DNA from: Planctomycetota bacterium
Lineage (GTDB): Bacteria; Planctomycetota; UBA8108; UBA1146
Direction: 5' to 3'
Assembly: GCA_013911165.1 (NCBI GenBank)
Contig: JACETR010000005.1
Span: 3,109 to 67,108 of the forward strand
DNA length: 64,000 bases
Shown here one piece after another: positions 27,740-37,771 of the stretch. The translations under genes and the position numbers were made by a program. Below the pieces are notes generated by a model. It did not search any database. It had not been told where the DNA came from and saw nothing but the letters and a program-made list of their open reading frames with translations. Position 1 is the stretch's first letter; each line of letters opens with the position of its first letter.

Positions 27740-29245
27740 ATGACCGAATCACAGGGATCAGACATACCTTCCCGCGGAAAAAAGAAAATCACAAAGAAAA
27801 CCGCAAAGAAGGCCACCAAGAAGGTCGCAAAGAAAACCACCCATAAAAAAGCCACTCGCAAGACCACCCGGAAAACCGGGCAGAGGCAGGCCCCGCCGGC
27901 CGAGGTCTATGAGGGACTGCCTCAGGATGTGGAAGAGCTCGATGAGAGTGAAATCCCTGCCCCCAGTGAGGGTCAGGCTCCGGAACTTCATCTTTCTGAA
28001 ATGCACAAAATGACCATCGCCGAACTGCAGACGATGGCTCGGGACGAGGGCATGGAAGAAATCACCGGACTGAAGAAACAAGATCTGATCTTTGAGATCC
28101 TCAAAGAACGGGCCAAAGACTCGGGATTCATGTACGGCGAGGGTGTCCTTGAAGTCCTTCCGGATGGGTTTGGATTCCTGCGCTCCCCGCGTTACTCATA
28201 CTACCCCTGTGCTGACGATATCTACGTCTCTCCGTCTCAGATCCGTCGATTCGGATTGACCACCGGAACGGTGGTTCAGGGCAAGGTTCGTCCTCCCAAA
28301 GACGGAGAGAGATACTTCGCTCTGCTCCAGGTCGATTCCATCAACTACGAAAACCCGGACAAGGTTCACGAAAAAGCAGTCTTTGACGATCTGACTCCGC
28401 TTTACCCCGATGAGCGCCTGCGTATGGAGACCGAGCAGGATGTCAACGAGACACGAACCATCGATCTGATCACTCCCATCGGTAAGGGGCAGCGTGGCCT
28501 GATCGTTGCGCCCCCCCGAACCGGTAAAACCATCATCCTGCAGTTGATCGCCAACGCCATCGCCACCAACCATCCGGAAGTCGACCTGATGGTCCTCCTC
28601 ATCGACGAGCGACCCGAGGAAGTCACTGACATGGAACGCAATGTCCGCGGTGAAGTGATCTCATCGACCTTCGACGAGCCCGCCTCCCGCCATGTGCAGG
28701 TTGCAGAGATGGTGATCGAAAAGGCACGTCGACTTGTCGAATACGGCAGAGACGTGGTGATTCTCCTCGATTCGATTACTCGCCTGGGCAGGGCCTACAA
28801 CAATGAGGCCCCTCACTCTGGCAGAATCCTCTCCGGTGGTGTCGACGCTGGTGCATTGCAAAGGCCGAAGAGATTTTTTGGTGCAGCACGGAACATCGAA
28901 GAGGGTGGCAGCCTGACGATTCTCGCCACTGCACTGATCGATACCGGTTCAAGGATGGACGAGGTGATCTTCGAAGAGTTCAAAGGCACCGGTAACATGG
29001 AACTCCATCTGGATCGCAGACTCGCTGACAAGCGTGTATGGCCTGCCATCGACATCAATCGCTCTGGCACCCGTAAGGAAGAGCTGCTGATGAGCCCGGA
29101 AGAGATCAAGCGCTTGTGGATCCTTCGCAAGGTTCTCAACGATATGAATCCGGTGGAAGCAATGGAAATGCTCAAGGCCAAACTGAAGCAGACCCCTTCA
29201 AATGTCGAGTTCCTCCTCGCATTGAACACCGAAAGAACCGAATAA
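27740..29245 (+). CDS. rho: Transcription termination factor Rho, with a Lys-rich N-terminal extension
   Basis: 'GFGFLRSP', Walker A '[15 protein letters not shown]', '[10 protein letters not shown]', '[18 protein letters not shown]'. The N-terminus contains '[32 protein letters not shown]'. Confidence 0.95.
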   Translation: MTESQGSDIPSRGKKKITKKTAKKATKKVAKKTTHKKATRKTTRKTGQRQAPPAEVYEGLPQDVEELDESEIPAPSEGQAPELHLSEMHKMTIAELQTMARDEGMEEITGLKKQDLIFEILKERAKDSGFMYGEGVLEVLPDGFGFLRSPRYSYYPCADDIYVSPSQIRRFGLTTGTVVQGKVRPPKDGERYFALLQVDSINYENPDKVHEKAVFDDLTPLYPDERLRMETEQDVNETRTIDLITPIGKGQRGLIVAPPRTGKTIILQLIANAIATNHPEVDLMVLLIDERPEEVTDMERNVRGEVISSTFDEPASRHVQVAEMVIEKARRLVEYGRDVVILLDSITRLGRAYNNEAPHSGRILSGGVDAGALQRPKRFFGAARNIEEGGSLTILATALIDTGSRMDEVIFEEFKGTGNMELHLDRRLADKRVWPAIDINRSGTRKEELLMSPEEIKRLWILRKVLNDMNPVEAMEMLKAKLKQTPSNVEFLLALNTERTE

Positions 29246-29250
29246 AAAAA

Positions 29251-29291
29251 GAGCCGCCTTTGATGACCCGGAGGGCCATCAAAGGCGGCTC
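29251..29291. terminator. Bidirectional terminator hairpin between convergent rho and the pseudopilin operon
   Basis: 15-bp stem 'gagccgcctttgatg'/'catcaaaggcggctc'. It is preceded by an A-run ('aaaaaaa') on plus. There is no clean T-run after it on plus. Confidence 0.7.
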
Positions 29292-29310
29292 GTAAATCCT
29301 GCCCTGCTTC

Positions 29311-30522
29311 TTAATTGTCGGTCTTGATCACTGTCGTCAGGGTTCGCGGTTCCTCACCCTTTTCATTCAGCACCCGCACAGAGATACGGAATGAAGGCGG
29401 AACGTAAGGCGCACGGAATCTCAAACCACCAGGATCCTGAGACCAGGTACTCGACTGGATGGGTTCATTGAACATCAAACGTCCAATGCTGTTGTAGAGC
29501 AGAGAATACTCACCTGAGGGAAACTGGGTCGCCCCGTCAGCCCAAATGTACATCTTGTCGCCAGGCTTCAACTGGGAAAACTTCAGCTTGCTGCGTACAT
29601 AGTTGAACAGCACCGGCTTGAAAGATCCTGTCTCAAGCTCTCGCACACCCGCTCTGGCAGTAGTCCTCAATCTGGATGTAAAACCTCCATAGAGGAATGG
29701 ACGAGCGAGAGTTCCCCGCTGTTGGCGAATGTCAAACTCCGTATCCACCAACTCCCGAGTCTGCTCGATAGAGGGACTCATGTACCCACCAGGGGACTTG
29801 TCGAATGGATTGTCGTAGAAGTATTCGACCTTGAAGTCGGTCACGTTGGAGCAGAGCTCATTGATGACCTTGCGAATCACAACCGTATTTGAATTTACGT
29901 CTTCGATATCCATATAACGAACAGCTTTGAGAAGGACCAGTCGGCGACTGTCTTCGTATGTGAGTTCCTCATCGGCAGGAATCTTGCCATCATTGGGAGC
30001 CCCCTGCTCAAGCAGACGCGGATCCGCAAGGAAGTACTCCACATTGGCCATGCGGATCACGCCATTGATCTCCACCGGAGCCTTGAAATAGATGGAATCA
30101 TTCGAATGAACCTCAGGCTCGCCAGGCCGGGTGTTACTGAGGATGTATTTACGTTCAAAGACTGTTGCAGCCTCGTCGTACTCGTCCGGAACTCCGCCGT
30201 CCATATTGGGGCCAAAGGAGTTCGGGATCTCCTCGCCTTCGTCCCAGTAGCCACGAGTTCTTCCGCGGTCGTTATAGAACTCCAGTGAGGCGGTTGGAAT
30301 CATCTTCGACAGGTTCTCATTGATGTCATCCATCGCGTAACGGAACTTTTGATACGTTTCCACAGTGCTGATGGTGGTGTCGTACATCTTTTGAGCATCA
30401 TTTCCCACCTGGGAGATGATCAGTGAAATGATGGCGGCCAGCGTTAACGCTACCAGCAACTCAAGAAGCGTGAATCCCGATTCAGCCTTCGGCGACTTGG
30501 CATGATCTTTCGTGATATCCAT
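29311..30522 (-). CDS. Large minor pseudopilin-like protein with a prepilin-type N-terminal cleavage/methylation domain
   Basis: 'ESGFTLLELLVALTLAAIISLII' near the N-terminus. ATG at 30522 with 'agagg' 9 nt upstream. Last gene of five in the pseudopilin operon. Confidence 0.7.
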   Translation of the reverse strand: MDITKDHAKSPKAESGFTLLELLVALTLAAIISLIISQVGNDAQKMYDTTISTVETYQKFRYAMDDINENLSKMIPTASLEFYNDRGRTRGYWDEGEEIPNSFGPNMDGGVPDEYDEAATVFERKYILSNTRPGEPEVHSNDSIYFKAPVEINGVIRMANVEYFLADPRLLEQGAPNDGKIPADEELTYEDSRRLVLLKAVRYMDIEDVNSNTVVIRKVINELCSNVTDFKVEYFYDNPFDKSPGGYMSPSIEQTRELVDTEFDIRQQRGTLARPFLYGGFTSRLRTTARAGVRELETGSFKPVLFNYVRSKLKFSQLKPGDKMYIWADGATQFPSGEYSLLYNSIGRLMFNEPIQSSTWSQDPGGLRFRAPYVPPSFRISVRVLNEKGEEPRTLTTVIKTDN

Positions 30523-30544
30523 GGGGTAAACCTCTATGGCTTCT

Positions 30545-31471
30545 CTAGCGATGAACAAGAATCTGACTCCTGTAGATCGGATCTGCATTTCGGGTTCCCT
30601 CACGGAACGTCCGGAAAACCATGATGTCGACTTCGTAAAGTTCACCCGCCGGAATCAAGCTGGAGCTGTCCGGCATTTGGATGCCCAGACTGGAGTCCTG
30701 TTTTGCCGGGCGAATGGAGAACGCAAAGGAATATTGCGAAATCGGATCGTCATCGACGATATCGAAATCTTCCGCCATTTCCTCATCAAAGAAATTGTTG
30801 CTCAGGGTGTAAACCCGACGAACGTCGATATCGGGGTAACTGTCCAGTCTGACCCCGGCGTCATTTTCGATCACCACTTCACGATCGTCAGCGTCGTCGT
30901 CCGCCAGCAATGGGTTTCCATTGCCATTGGGGCTTCCGCGGAACTCGTCTTCGGTACCGTTATCGACCTCACGTTCACCACTGCCATCATCCACAATCCA
31001 GGTCAGGCCATCCGACTCGGGGAAGACAAAGGTTTTCCCCCGATCCCAATGCTGTTCCCGATTGATACTGCTGGTCGAGTCCGGGTCAGGGGAGGGAAGC
31101 AGAATGTAGTAATCGGCTCCCGGACGGGCTTTTTCAATTTCTGTTGGGTAGTCGTCAGTCACACCATCGTGATGAAAGATGAAGTAGGTCCAGCGACCAT
31201 CCCGACTCTGCCCCTTGTGTTGCTTGAGACCATCCCGAATCGCCTGCTCTACAGACTGGGTGATGATCACCGCATTGGTCGATTCCACCGCCCGACGACC
31301 GGAATCCATGGCGACAGGAAATACGGCCAACAGTCCCAATAGTCCGACAGTCAGAATCACGACCGCCAAAAGGATTTCGAGAATGGTGAATCCACTGACC
31401 GGGTCTTTCGTCCCCGTTTTACGGGGGCCAAGACCCGAGGAGAGAGGAGTCAGCGCTCTTTGCAAACTCAT
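30545..31471 (-). CDS. Pseudopilin-like protein with a prepilin-type N-terminus and an acidic central region
   Basis: 'VSGFTILEILLAVVILTVGLLGLLAV'. Central D/E/G/N-rich stretch 'DDGSGEREVDNGTEDEFRGSPNGNGNPLLADDDADD'. The start overlaps the upstream stop (TGATG). Confidence 0.7.
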   Translation of the reverse strand: MSLQRALTPLSSGLGPRKTGTKDPVSGFTILEILLAVVILTVGLLGLLAVFPVAMDSGRRAVESTNAVIITQSVEQAIRDGLKQHKGQSRDGRWTYFIFHHDGVTDDYPTEIEKARPGADYYILLPSPDPDSTSSINREQHWDRGKTFVFPESDGLTWIVDDGSGEREVDNGTEDEFRGSPNGNGNPLLADDDADDREVVIENDAGVRLDSYPDIDVRRVYTLSNNFFDEEMAEDFDIVDDDPISQYSFAFSIRPAKQDSSLGIQMPDSSSLIPAGELYEVDIMVFRTFREGTRNADPIYRSQILVHR

Positions 31472-32109
31472 CAGTCCGACTCCAGTTCCGCCACTTTGCT
31501 TCCAGCACGCCCCGTCGGCTTGATATCGACGTAACAGACCCTCAAGTCACCTCTCTGGGCAATGATGAGATCACCTCCGTACGGAGGATCGGCATCAAAC
31601 TTATAGGAAGGGATGTCGGTCAATGCCTGAAAATCGATGGTGCCATCAAAATTGAGGTTCAGGTAAAGGTCGCCACGCATCGGCTTCCAGTCGTCCTGAC
31701 TCAATCCGTCACTCTGGGCGACGAGCATCTCGGGCAGATCTTCGAACTCCATGCGAGCACAGGGCATCGAATAGGAAATCAATTCGACATCAGTCGCATT
31801 GATCGATCTCAGACCGCCCTCAAATCCACCCGGATCCTCACCCTTGGGGTGACGATAAAGACGTACCCCCTTTTTGAGGAAAACCACAGAGTATTTCTGC
31901 TTCTTGGTCACCGTGGAGTTGCGTGCTTCGTTGATGGCCGTGATGACCACGGAAGCGGCATTCTCGATGCGGCGATCCTGGAAAATCTTGGTTACAGCCG
32001 GGGCAATAAAACCGGCAGCCATGATGATGATCCCAATGGTCACAATCATCTCGACGAGGGTGAAACCCCGATCCGGACCGGCAGTGAGGAGTGAAGGACG
32101 GGAATCCAT
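31471..32109 (-). CDS. Pseudopilin, GspH-like, with a prepilin-type N-terminus
   Basis: 'DRGFTLVEMIVTIGIIIMAAGFIAPAV'. The start abuts the upstream stop (TGAATG). Confidence 0.7.
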   Translation of the reverse strand: MDSRPSLLTAGPDRGFTLVEMIVTIGIIIMAAGFIAPAVTKIFQDRRIENAASVVITAINEARNSTVTKKQKYSVVFLKKGVRLYRHPKGEDPGGFEGGLRSINATDVELISYSMPCARMEFEDLPEMLVAQSDGLSQDDWKPMRGDLYLNLNFDGTIDFQALTDIPSYKFDADPPYGGDLIIAQRGDLRVCYVDIKPTGRAGSKVAELESD

Positions 32110-32796
32110 TCAGTTACTCATATTCCAGTTGGTGATGTAATCTTCATACTCTTCGGTGTCCTCGTGGCCAGAGGAACCATGACTCCAGATGTCATACTCG
32201 TTGGTGTTTTGAGGGCCCAGAACGCCTGTGAGATCCTCGATTTCCCGAGAGTCTTCCATGTGGGTGTAAAGGTCCTCATCAAAATCCAGATGGGTTTCTC
32301 CCAGACTCTGTGGACTGAAGGCCTCATCCCCCCCCATCACATTGTCGTAATGCAAAGGGTTGGCCCATGCGTCGAGGATTTGACATGCGTCAGGATCTTC
32401 TTCTGTGACGTAAAGCTCATCGGAGCGGAAGTCACCGATCGGCGGATTTTCACCCACGATCCGGACTTCCCCACCGACTTTACGGGTCAGCTTCATCGGT
32501 TGGGTCAACGCCAGAGTCAGGGCCGCACCACCGGTCAGGGGAGTGCCCTCTTCAGTGATGACATCGACGCCATCCAGTCCATCCGGCGGGAAGGAACCGG
32601 TGATTCCCTTGTAGGTCCCCAGATTGAGGCTAATCCTTGCAATCAGGGCTTCTGTCGCTTTTGCCGAGGTGTTTTCGAGATATCTTCCCGCTCCCACCGC
32701 CAACATCGACATCAGAAACACGATCAGAGAAATGGTGACCAACAACTCCACCATGGTAAAGCCGGCATGGGAACGTGGTCTTGTTTCGAGGGACAT
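32110..32796 (-). CDS. GspG-like pseudopilin paralog 2
   Basis: 'HAGFTMVELLVTISLIVFL'. C-terminal 'DAWANPLHYDN...YDIWSHGSSG...DYITNW' resembles the GspG signature. ATG at 32796 chosen, 4 nt after the upstream stop. Confidence 0.7.
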   Translation of the reverse strand: MSLETRPRSHAGFTMVELLVTISLIVFLMSMLAVGAGRYLENTSAKATEALIARISLNLGTYKGITGSFPPDGLDGVDVITEEGTPLTGGAALTLALTQPMKLTRKVGGEVRIVGENPPIGDFRSDELYVTEEDPDACQILDAWANPLHYDNVMGGDEAFSPQSLGETHLDFDEDLYTHMEDSREIEDLTGVLGPQNTNEYDIWSHGSSGHEDTEEYEDYITNWNMSN

Positions 32797-32800
32797 GGTT

Positions 32801-33445
32801 TTACCAGTTGCCGATGTCATCGTACTCCTCGTCCTCTTCGGGGTATCCGAAACAGGCTTCATTCTCGCCGTCAGGGCCAATCGACCAAAGATCGAATCCC
32901 CGACGCTTCAGCATCCAGTCTTCCTTGGTCCGCTTGGACTTGTTCTCGCGATAGAAGTAAGGCTCACTCCACGGATCGAGGTAGTACTTGTCGACCTCAG
33001 GGTCGAAAAGTTCATCCCGACCAGCACGTTTGAACTCTTCCTCGAAATCTTCATCGATGACGGCAATCCGATCCGCAGCCATATCGCTGTAGGGAGCATT
33101 TTTGCCCGCTTTACCCTCGGGCGGACGCTCTCCCTGAAGATTTTCAAAAAGGATCGGGAAACAGTTGAATGTCTCCAGATCTTCTCCGCCCAACTTCATA
33201 TCCCATCCGGGATAAACGCCTTCATCACGGGCGTAGGCCTCCAGAGCACTGGAAAGGGTGGAGATGTCACTCTTGGCATTGGCCTCGAAACTTCGGGCCT
33301 GGGCCATCTGGATCATCTTGGTTACTAGAGTGGAGAGAACTCCAATGATCGCCACAACAATCATCAGTTCGATCAGGGTGAAACCCGCTTTGGATGAAGC
33401 GGTCCGGGTTTGGCCCGTCGAGCGGGTCCGGAAAAAACTGGTCAT
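32801..33445 (-). CDS. GspG-like pseudopilin paralog 1
   Basis: 'KAGFTLIELMIVVAIIGVLSTLV', 'LDPWSEPYFYREN...FDLWSIGPDGENE...DDIGNW' (T2SS GspG-type motifs). ATG at 33445; the ORF-track start at 33694 adds an implausible extension. Confidence 0.75.
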   Translation of the reverse strand: MTSFFRTRSTGQTRTASSKAGFTLIELMIVVAIIGVLSTLVTKMIQMAQARSFEANAKSDISTLSSALEAYARDEGVYPGWDMKLGGEDLETFNCFPILFENLQGERPPEGKAGKNAPYSDMAADRIAVIDEDFEEEFKRAGRDELFDPEVDKYYLDPWSEPYFYRENKSKRTKEDWMLKRRGFDLWSIGPDGENEACFGYPEEDEEYDDIGNW

Positions 33446-33701
33446 GTCACTTCCCTTCCGAGAATGGCGTCTCCCACAGGTCTTGGGACGAACCGTTGCA
33501 CCACGAAAAACAGTGCTTGGAGACGATCGATCCATTGTGACCGATGACGGACGAGAGGCAAGACCCGAAAGTGGTTTATAGGTCTGCAGATACGCTTGAA
33601 TTGACGCTGAAAATCCACTCCGGAGTTCCAGAAATCCCGGGCGAGTATGAGACGAGGGAAGACGCCCGAAGATGGAAGCCCGGTTCACGATCAAAAGTCG
33701 A

Positions 33702-35054
33702 TCAAGCGTCGATCACGTACTCTTCAATGAAGCCGGTGTCGTGATTGCCCTTGACGAAGTGGAAGTGCTGGAGCACTTCGCTGTAGAAGGGAATCGTGGT
33801 GTGAACACCGTCGATGGTGAACTCATCGAGCGCACGGCGCATCGTCAGAATCGCCTCTTCGCGAGTGTCACGGTGGACGATCAGCTTGCCGAGAAGTGAA
33901 TCGTAGTGACTGGGAACGGTGTATCCCGAATAAACATGCGAATCGAGACGCACTCCCATCCCCCCTGGAGCCCGGAAATCGACGATTTTTCCGGGTGAAG
34001 GTGCAAAATCACGCGAGGGGTCCTCGGCATTGATCCTGCATTCCATGGCATGGCCATTGATTTTGATATCCTCCTGGCGATACCGCAGGGGAACTCCACT
34101 GGCAATGCGAATCTGTTCCTGGACCAGATCGATTCCTGTAACCATCTCTGTCACCGGGTGCTCGACCTGAATCCGTGTGTTCATCTCGATGAAGTAGTAG
34201 TTGCCCTCCCGATCGAGCAGGAATTCGACGGTTCCTGCCCCCCGGTATCCGGAGGCCTTGGCCAGATTCACTGCACTTGCCCCCATGCGTGCCCGAAGAT
34301 CTTCATCCACGGCGGGTGACGGGCTCTCTTCAACCAATTTCTGGTGCCTGCGCTGGAGTGAACAGTCCCTCTCACCGAGGTGAATCACGCTCCCATAGGA
34401 ATCTGCGAGAATCTGGATCTCGACGTGACGCGGTTTTTCGATGAGTTTTTCAATGTAAACGTCCGAGTTCTTGAAAGCATTGGCAGCTTCAGTCCTTGCC
34501 GCCTGATATGCCGCAACGAAGGTTGATTCCTCGCGGGCAATCCTCATGCCACGTCCGCCTCCCCCAGCCACCGCTTTGATCAGGACCGGGAATCCGATCT
34601 CTCTCGAAATCCGCAGCCCTTCCTCTTCATCTTCGACGATCTCAGGTGAACCGGGAACGACGGGAACCTCACTGGCCATCGCCAACTCCCGTGCCATCGC
34701 CTTGTCGCCCAACTGACGAATATTGTCGACGGTGGGACCGATGAACTGGATTCGGCATGACTGACAGATCTCGGCAAACTGTGGATTTTCGGAGAGGAAT
34801 CCATAACCGGGATGAATTGCCTCAACATCGGTAATCTCGGCCGCTGCGATGATTTTGGAGATGTCCAGATAAGAGTTGAGACTCGGCGCAGGGCCTATAC
34901 AGACTTTGTGATCGGCGAGATCGAGGTAACTCGCGTGGCGATCCGCTTCGGAATAGACCGCCACGGATTCGATGCCGAGTTCGCGGCATGCGCGGATGAC
35001 CCGTTGGGCAATCTCACCACGATTGGCAACCAGTATGCGGGAAAACGGCTTCAT
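33702..35054 (-). CDS. accC: Acetyl-CoA carboxylase, biotin carboxylase subunit
   Basis: '[20 protein letters not shown]', 'GGGGRGMRI', '[13 protein letters not shown]'. Length of 450 aa. Confidence 0.95.
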   Translation of the reverse strand: MKPFSRILVANRGEIAQRVIRACRELGIESVAVYSEADRHASYLDLADHKVCIGPAPSLNSYLDISKIIAAAEITDVEAIHPGYGFLSENPQFAEICQSCRIQFIGPTVDNIRQLGDKAMARELAMASEVPVVPGSPEIVEDEEEGLRISREIGFPVLIKAVAGGGGRGMRIAREESTFVAAYQAARTEAANAFKNSDVYIEKLIEKPRHVEIQILADSYGSVIHLGERDCSLQRRHQKLVEESPSPAVDEDLRARMGASAVNLAKASGYRGAGTVEFLLDREGNYYFIEMNTRIQVEHPVTEMVTGIDLVQEQIRIASGVPLRYRQEDIKINGHAMECRINAEDPSRDFAPSPGKIVDFRAPGGMGVRLDSHVYSGYTVPSHYDSLLGKLIVHRDTREEAILTMRRALDEFTIDGVHTTIPFYSEVLQHFHFVKGNHDTGFIEEYVIDA

Positions 35055-35094
35055 GCTCTGACCCGATCATTTCGATTCAATATGGACCACTACT

Positions 35095-35544
35095 TCAGGA
35101 AAAACTGAAGAGGGGTTGGCCAAATTCCACGGGGGTTCCGTCCTCGACGAGGTGAGAGCTGATCACTCCGGATCGTTCCGCCTTGACCTCGTTCATCACT
35201 TTCATCGCTTCAACGATGCAAAGGACTTGCCCCTCCTCGACCTGATCGCCAACCTCTATAAAGGGTTCCGCTCCCGGACCCGGGGCCCGATAAAAGGTTC
35301 CGACCATCGGAGAGAGAACGGCATTGGAAGCGTCCACCGGAGCGGCTTCGGCTGTCGCCCCCGAATCGGCAGCGGCCGCAGGAGCAGCTGCAGCGGGAAC
35401 ACCTGCTGCCACTTGCACCACTTCACGGGGCTTTTCAGGTTTTTTTCGCAAGCGAACACGCTGTTCGCCGTCGACCACCTCCAGCTCTTCCAGCTGGTTG
35501 CGATCCATCAACTCGATGAGTTCCTTGAGTCGCTGGGTGTCCAC
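35095..35544 (-). CDS. accB: Acetyl-CoA carboxylase, biotin carboxyl carrier protein
   Basis: Biotinylation motif 'EAMKVMNEV', Ala/Pro-rich linker. Lies immediately upstream of accC. Confidence 0.9.
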   Translation of the reverse strand: MDTQRLKELIELMDRNQLEELEVVDGEQRVRLRKKPEKPREVVQVAAGVPAAAAPAAAADSGATAEAAPVDASNAVLSPMVGTFYRAPGPGAEPFIEVGDQVEEGQVLCIVEAMKVMNEVKAERSGVISSHLVEDGTPVEFGQPLFSFS

Positions 35545-35805
35545 GTTATCCCAATCCCGCCCCCGGGGCAGTCGCTCGAGAACCGCTATACTGCAGTTCT
35601 GAAGCCGGTTTCATGGCTTGCCACGCCGGTCGGACCGATCACGGATCCGCGACGTTCTTGCGAGATGGTAGGGAGCCGATTCTCGGCGGTCAAGTCTCCC
35701 CCACGGACTCGGGCCCGAATTGGTCTCCCCAACCAAGGGGCAGCACTAGGATAGAGATTCGGTCAGGGCGGGCCCTTTCCGGATCATTCCAGCGATCAGG
35801 GCTTT

Positions 35806-35814
35806 TGGTAGAAT
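35806..35814 (+). promoter_or_regulatory. Candidate extended -10 promoter element (TGgTAGAAT) for the rluD-like gene
   Basis: 'tggtagaat' lies 46 nt upstream of the ATG at 35861, in the divergent accB/rluD intergenic region. No convincing -35 element was seen. Confidence 0.3.
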
Positions 35815-35860
35815 CCACGTTTCAATCAGCCTGAGAATCCACAGAGAGAGGAAAACAGCC

Positions 35861-36919
35861 ATGGTCTTGCCTTCCGGCCGGGATCTCTCACGCCCCCCTG
35901 GCTCAGCCCTCTTCAGGGTACGTCAGGATGTGAGAATCCGTCTGGATATCTGGCTACAGGACCGGCTCGGTTGGAAATCCAGAACCAAGATCCAAAAATT
36001 AATCCAACTGGAACGGGTTCAGGTCAACGGTCAAATCGTCAAGGCTTCCACTAAAGTCTCGACCGGTGATGAAGTCGAAGTCTTTCTCGATGGTAATTCG
36101 GAAACAGATTCTTCCGCCAATTCAGGTGGATTGCCGGTGCTCCATGAGGACCCCTGGCTGGTCGCTCTCAACAAACCGGCAGGCATCCTCGTTCATCCCG
36201 TGGGAAGAACCCATTCTGGCACCGTGGTCGATGGCCTCCACAGCGATTGGCAACCCCTCAATAACTCATGCCTGAGACAGGCCACCCATCGCCTCTGTCA
36301 TCGCCTCGACCGGGAGACCTCTGGCCTCTTACTGGTTGCCAAATCGGTGGAGGCGCGCAGAAGAGTGCAGGACTCATTTGAAAAGGACCGGGTCAAAAAA
36401 AGCTATCTCGCCATCGTCGAAGGAGTTCCCCGGGAAATGGAATTTGAAATCGACGCTCCGGTTTCGGCCCAGTTGGATCAGTCGAGATCCAAAGGAAATC
36501 GGTTGGCCCGTGCAGATGAAGAACACGGAAAGCCTTCGCGAACCCTCTTTTCCACATTGGGCAGCAAAAACGGAATCTCTCTGGTTCTCTGTCGCCCCAT
36601 CACCGGTCGCCAGAACCAGATCAGAATTCACCTTCAGGTTGCCGGACACCCGATCCTCGGTGATGTCGGATATGGTCAGACCGTTGAGTCCCTCGCAGCC
36701 TGTGGTGGTCAACTCCCGGAGGGAGTCCCTCATCCGGACCGTGCACTACTCCACAGTTTCCAATTGGTTTTCCCCCACCCTGTCTGGGGAACTCCCAGCC
36801 ATCTTCTCTGCCCCCCTGGTGGGGACATGGCTGAGCTGATCGAGGCACTGAATCTCGATTCCCTGCCCCCGTTTCAGTCATTTCCGCTGCTGGAAGATCC
36901 GAAACCGCTTGCCAAATGA
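35861..36919 (+). CDS. rluD: RluA-family 23S rRNA pseudouridine synthase (RluD-like) with an S4 domain
   Basis: S4-like N-terminus ('RLDIWLQDRLGWKSRTKIQKLIQ'), catalytic 'HRLDRETSGLLLVAK', 'GRQNQIRIHL'. Confidence 0.85.
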   Translation: MVLPSGRDLSRPPGSALFRVRQDVRIRLDIWLQDRLGWKSRTKIQKLIQLERVQVNGQIVKASTKVSTGDEVEVFLDGNSETDSSANSGGLPVLHEDPWLVALNKPAGILVHPVGRTHSGTVVDGLHSDWQPLNNSCLRQATHRLCHRLDRETSGLLLVAKSVEARRRVQDSFEKDRVKKSYLAIVEGVPREMEFEIDAPVSAQLDQSRSKGNRLARADEEHGKPSRTLFSTLGSKNGISLVLCRPITGRQNQIRIHLQVAGHPILGDVGYGQTVESLAACGGQLPEGVPHPDRALLHSFQLVFPHPVWGTPSHLLCPPGGDMAELIEALNLDSLPPFQSFPLLEDPKPLAK

Positions 36920-37001
36920 TCGCTGACGCTTCTTGATAGGGGTTGGAAAAATCGGTTTCGACCGGAATCTTTCCCATGACCCCAGGTAAAGGAGGAGCAC
37001 G

Positions 37002-37751
37002 GTGAAGATCGCCGTTTGCATCAAGAGAGTACCGGATACCGCGACCCGGCTGAATTTCGCCGCGGACGGGACTTCCATCGACCAGAGCGAGGTCCAGTGG
37101 ATCATCAGCCCCTACGATGAGTTTGCCATCGAAGAGGGACTTCGCCTCAAGGAAAAGGCCGGTGAGGGCACCGTGACAGTGATCACCTGTGGACCCGCAT
37201 CCGCCACCAAGGAACTGCGCCAGGCACTGGGAATGGGGGCCGATGATGCCGTCCACATTCAAACTGAAGACGATCTGGATCCTATTCAGATTGCGCGTTG
37301 TCTCTCGCAGGTTTTGGAGAGCAGAGGAGATGACCTGGTTCTCTTCGGGCGGCAATCTGTCGATTCTCAAGGCTCGCAGGTGGGAGCACTGGTGGCCAGC
37401 CAACTGGGCCGTCCCTTTGCAAACAGCATCGCGTCTCTTGAAGTGGACGGTACCACTGTCCGCATCGAGAGAGATGTGGACGGAGGCCGCGAAACACTGG
37501 AAGGATCTCTTCCTGTGGTGCTCGGCGCAGACAAGAGTCTGAATGAGCCGCGTTATCCCAAGCTCAAGGACATCATGAAGGCCAAAAAGAAACCGATCGA
37601 AACAGTCGAGGCCCAGCCCGGTGAGAGGGCTTTTGAAACCTCCGCCATCACTCCGCCTCCTCCGAGACCGGAGGGACGCATCGTTGGTGAGGGTCCAGAA
37701 GCGGTGGAAGAACTGATCCGCCTGCTTCGTGAGGAATCCAAGGTCATCTAA
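37002..37751 (+). CDS. etfB: Electron transfer flavoprotein, beta subunit
   Basis: 'MKIAVCIKRVPD', 'DLVLFGRQSVD'. Length of 249 aa. Confidence 0.9.
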   Translation: MKIAVCIKRVPDTATRLNFAADGTSIDQSEVQWIISPYDEFAIEEGLRLKEKAGEGTVTVITCGPASATKELRQALGMGADDAVHIQTEDDLDPIQIARCLSQVLESRGDDLVLFGRQSVDSQGSQVGALVASQLGRPFANSIASLEVDGTTVRIERDVDGGRETLEGSLPVVLGADKSLNEPRYPKLKDIMKAKKKPIETVEAQPGERAFETSAITPPPPRPEGRIVGEGPEAVEELIRLLREESKVI

Positions 37752-37771
37752 GGACGGGACGGAAGATCAAT

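Noticed and set aside
26982-27752. 256-aa minus-strand ORF
   Set aside because: It is antisense to coaE and the polA 3' end, with no motifs.
30536-33328. Plus-strand ORFs of 268, 289 and 234 aa (30536-31342, 32164-33033, 32624-33328)
   Set aside because: They are antisense to the pseudopilin operon, whose genes carry clear prepilin N-termini and coupled junctions.
36621-37403. 260-aa minus-strand ORF
   Set aside because: It is antisense across the rluD 3' end and the etfB 5' end, both of which are well supported.
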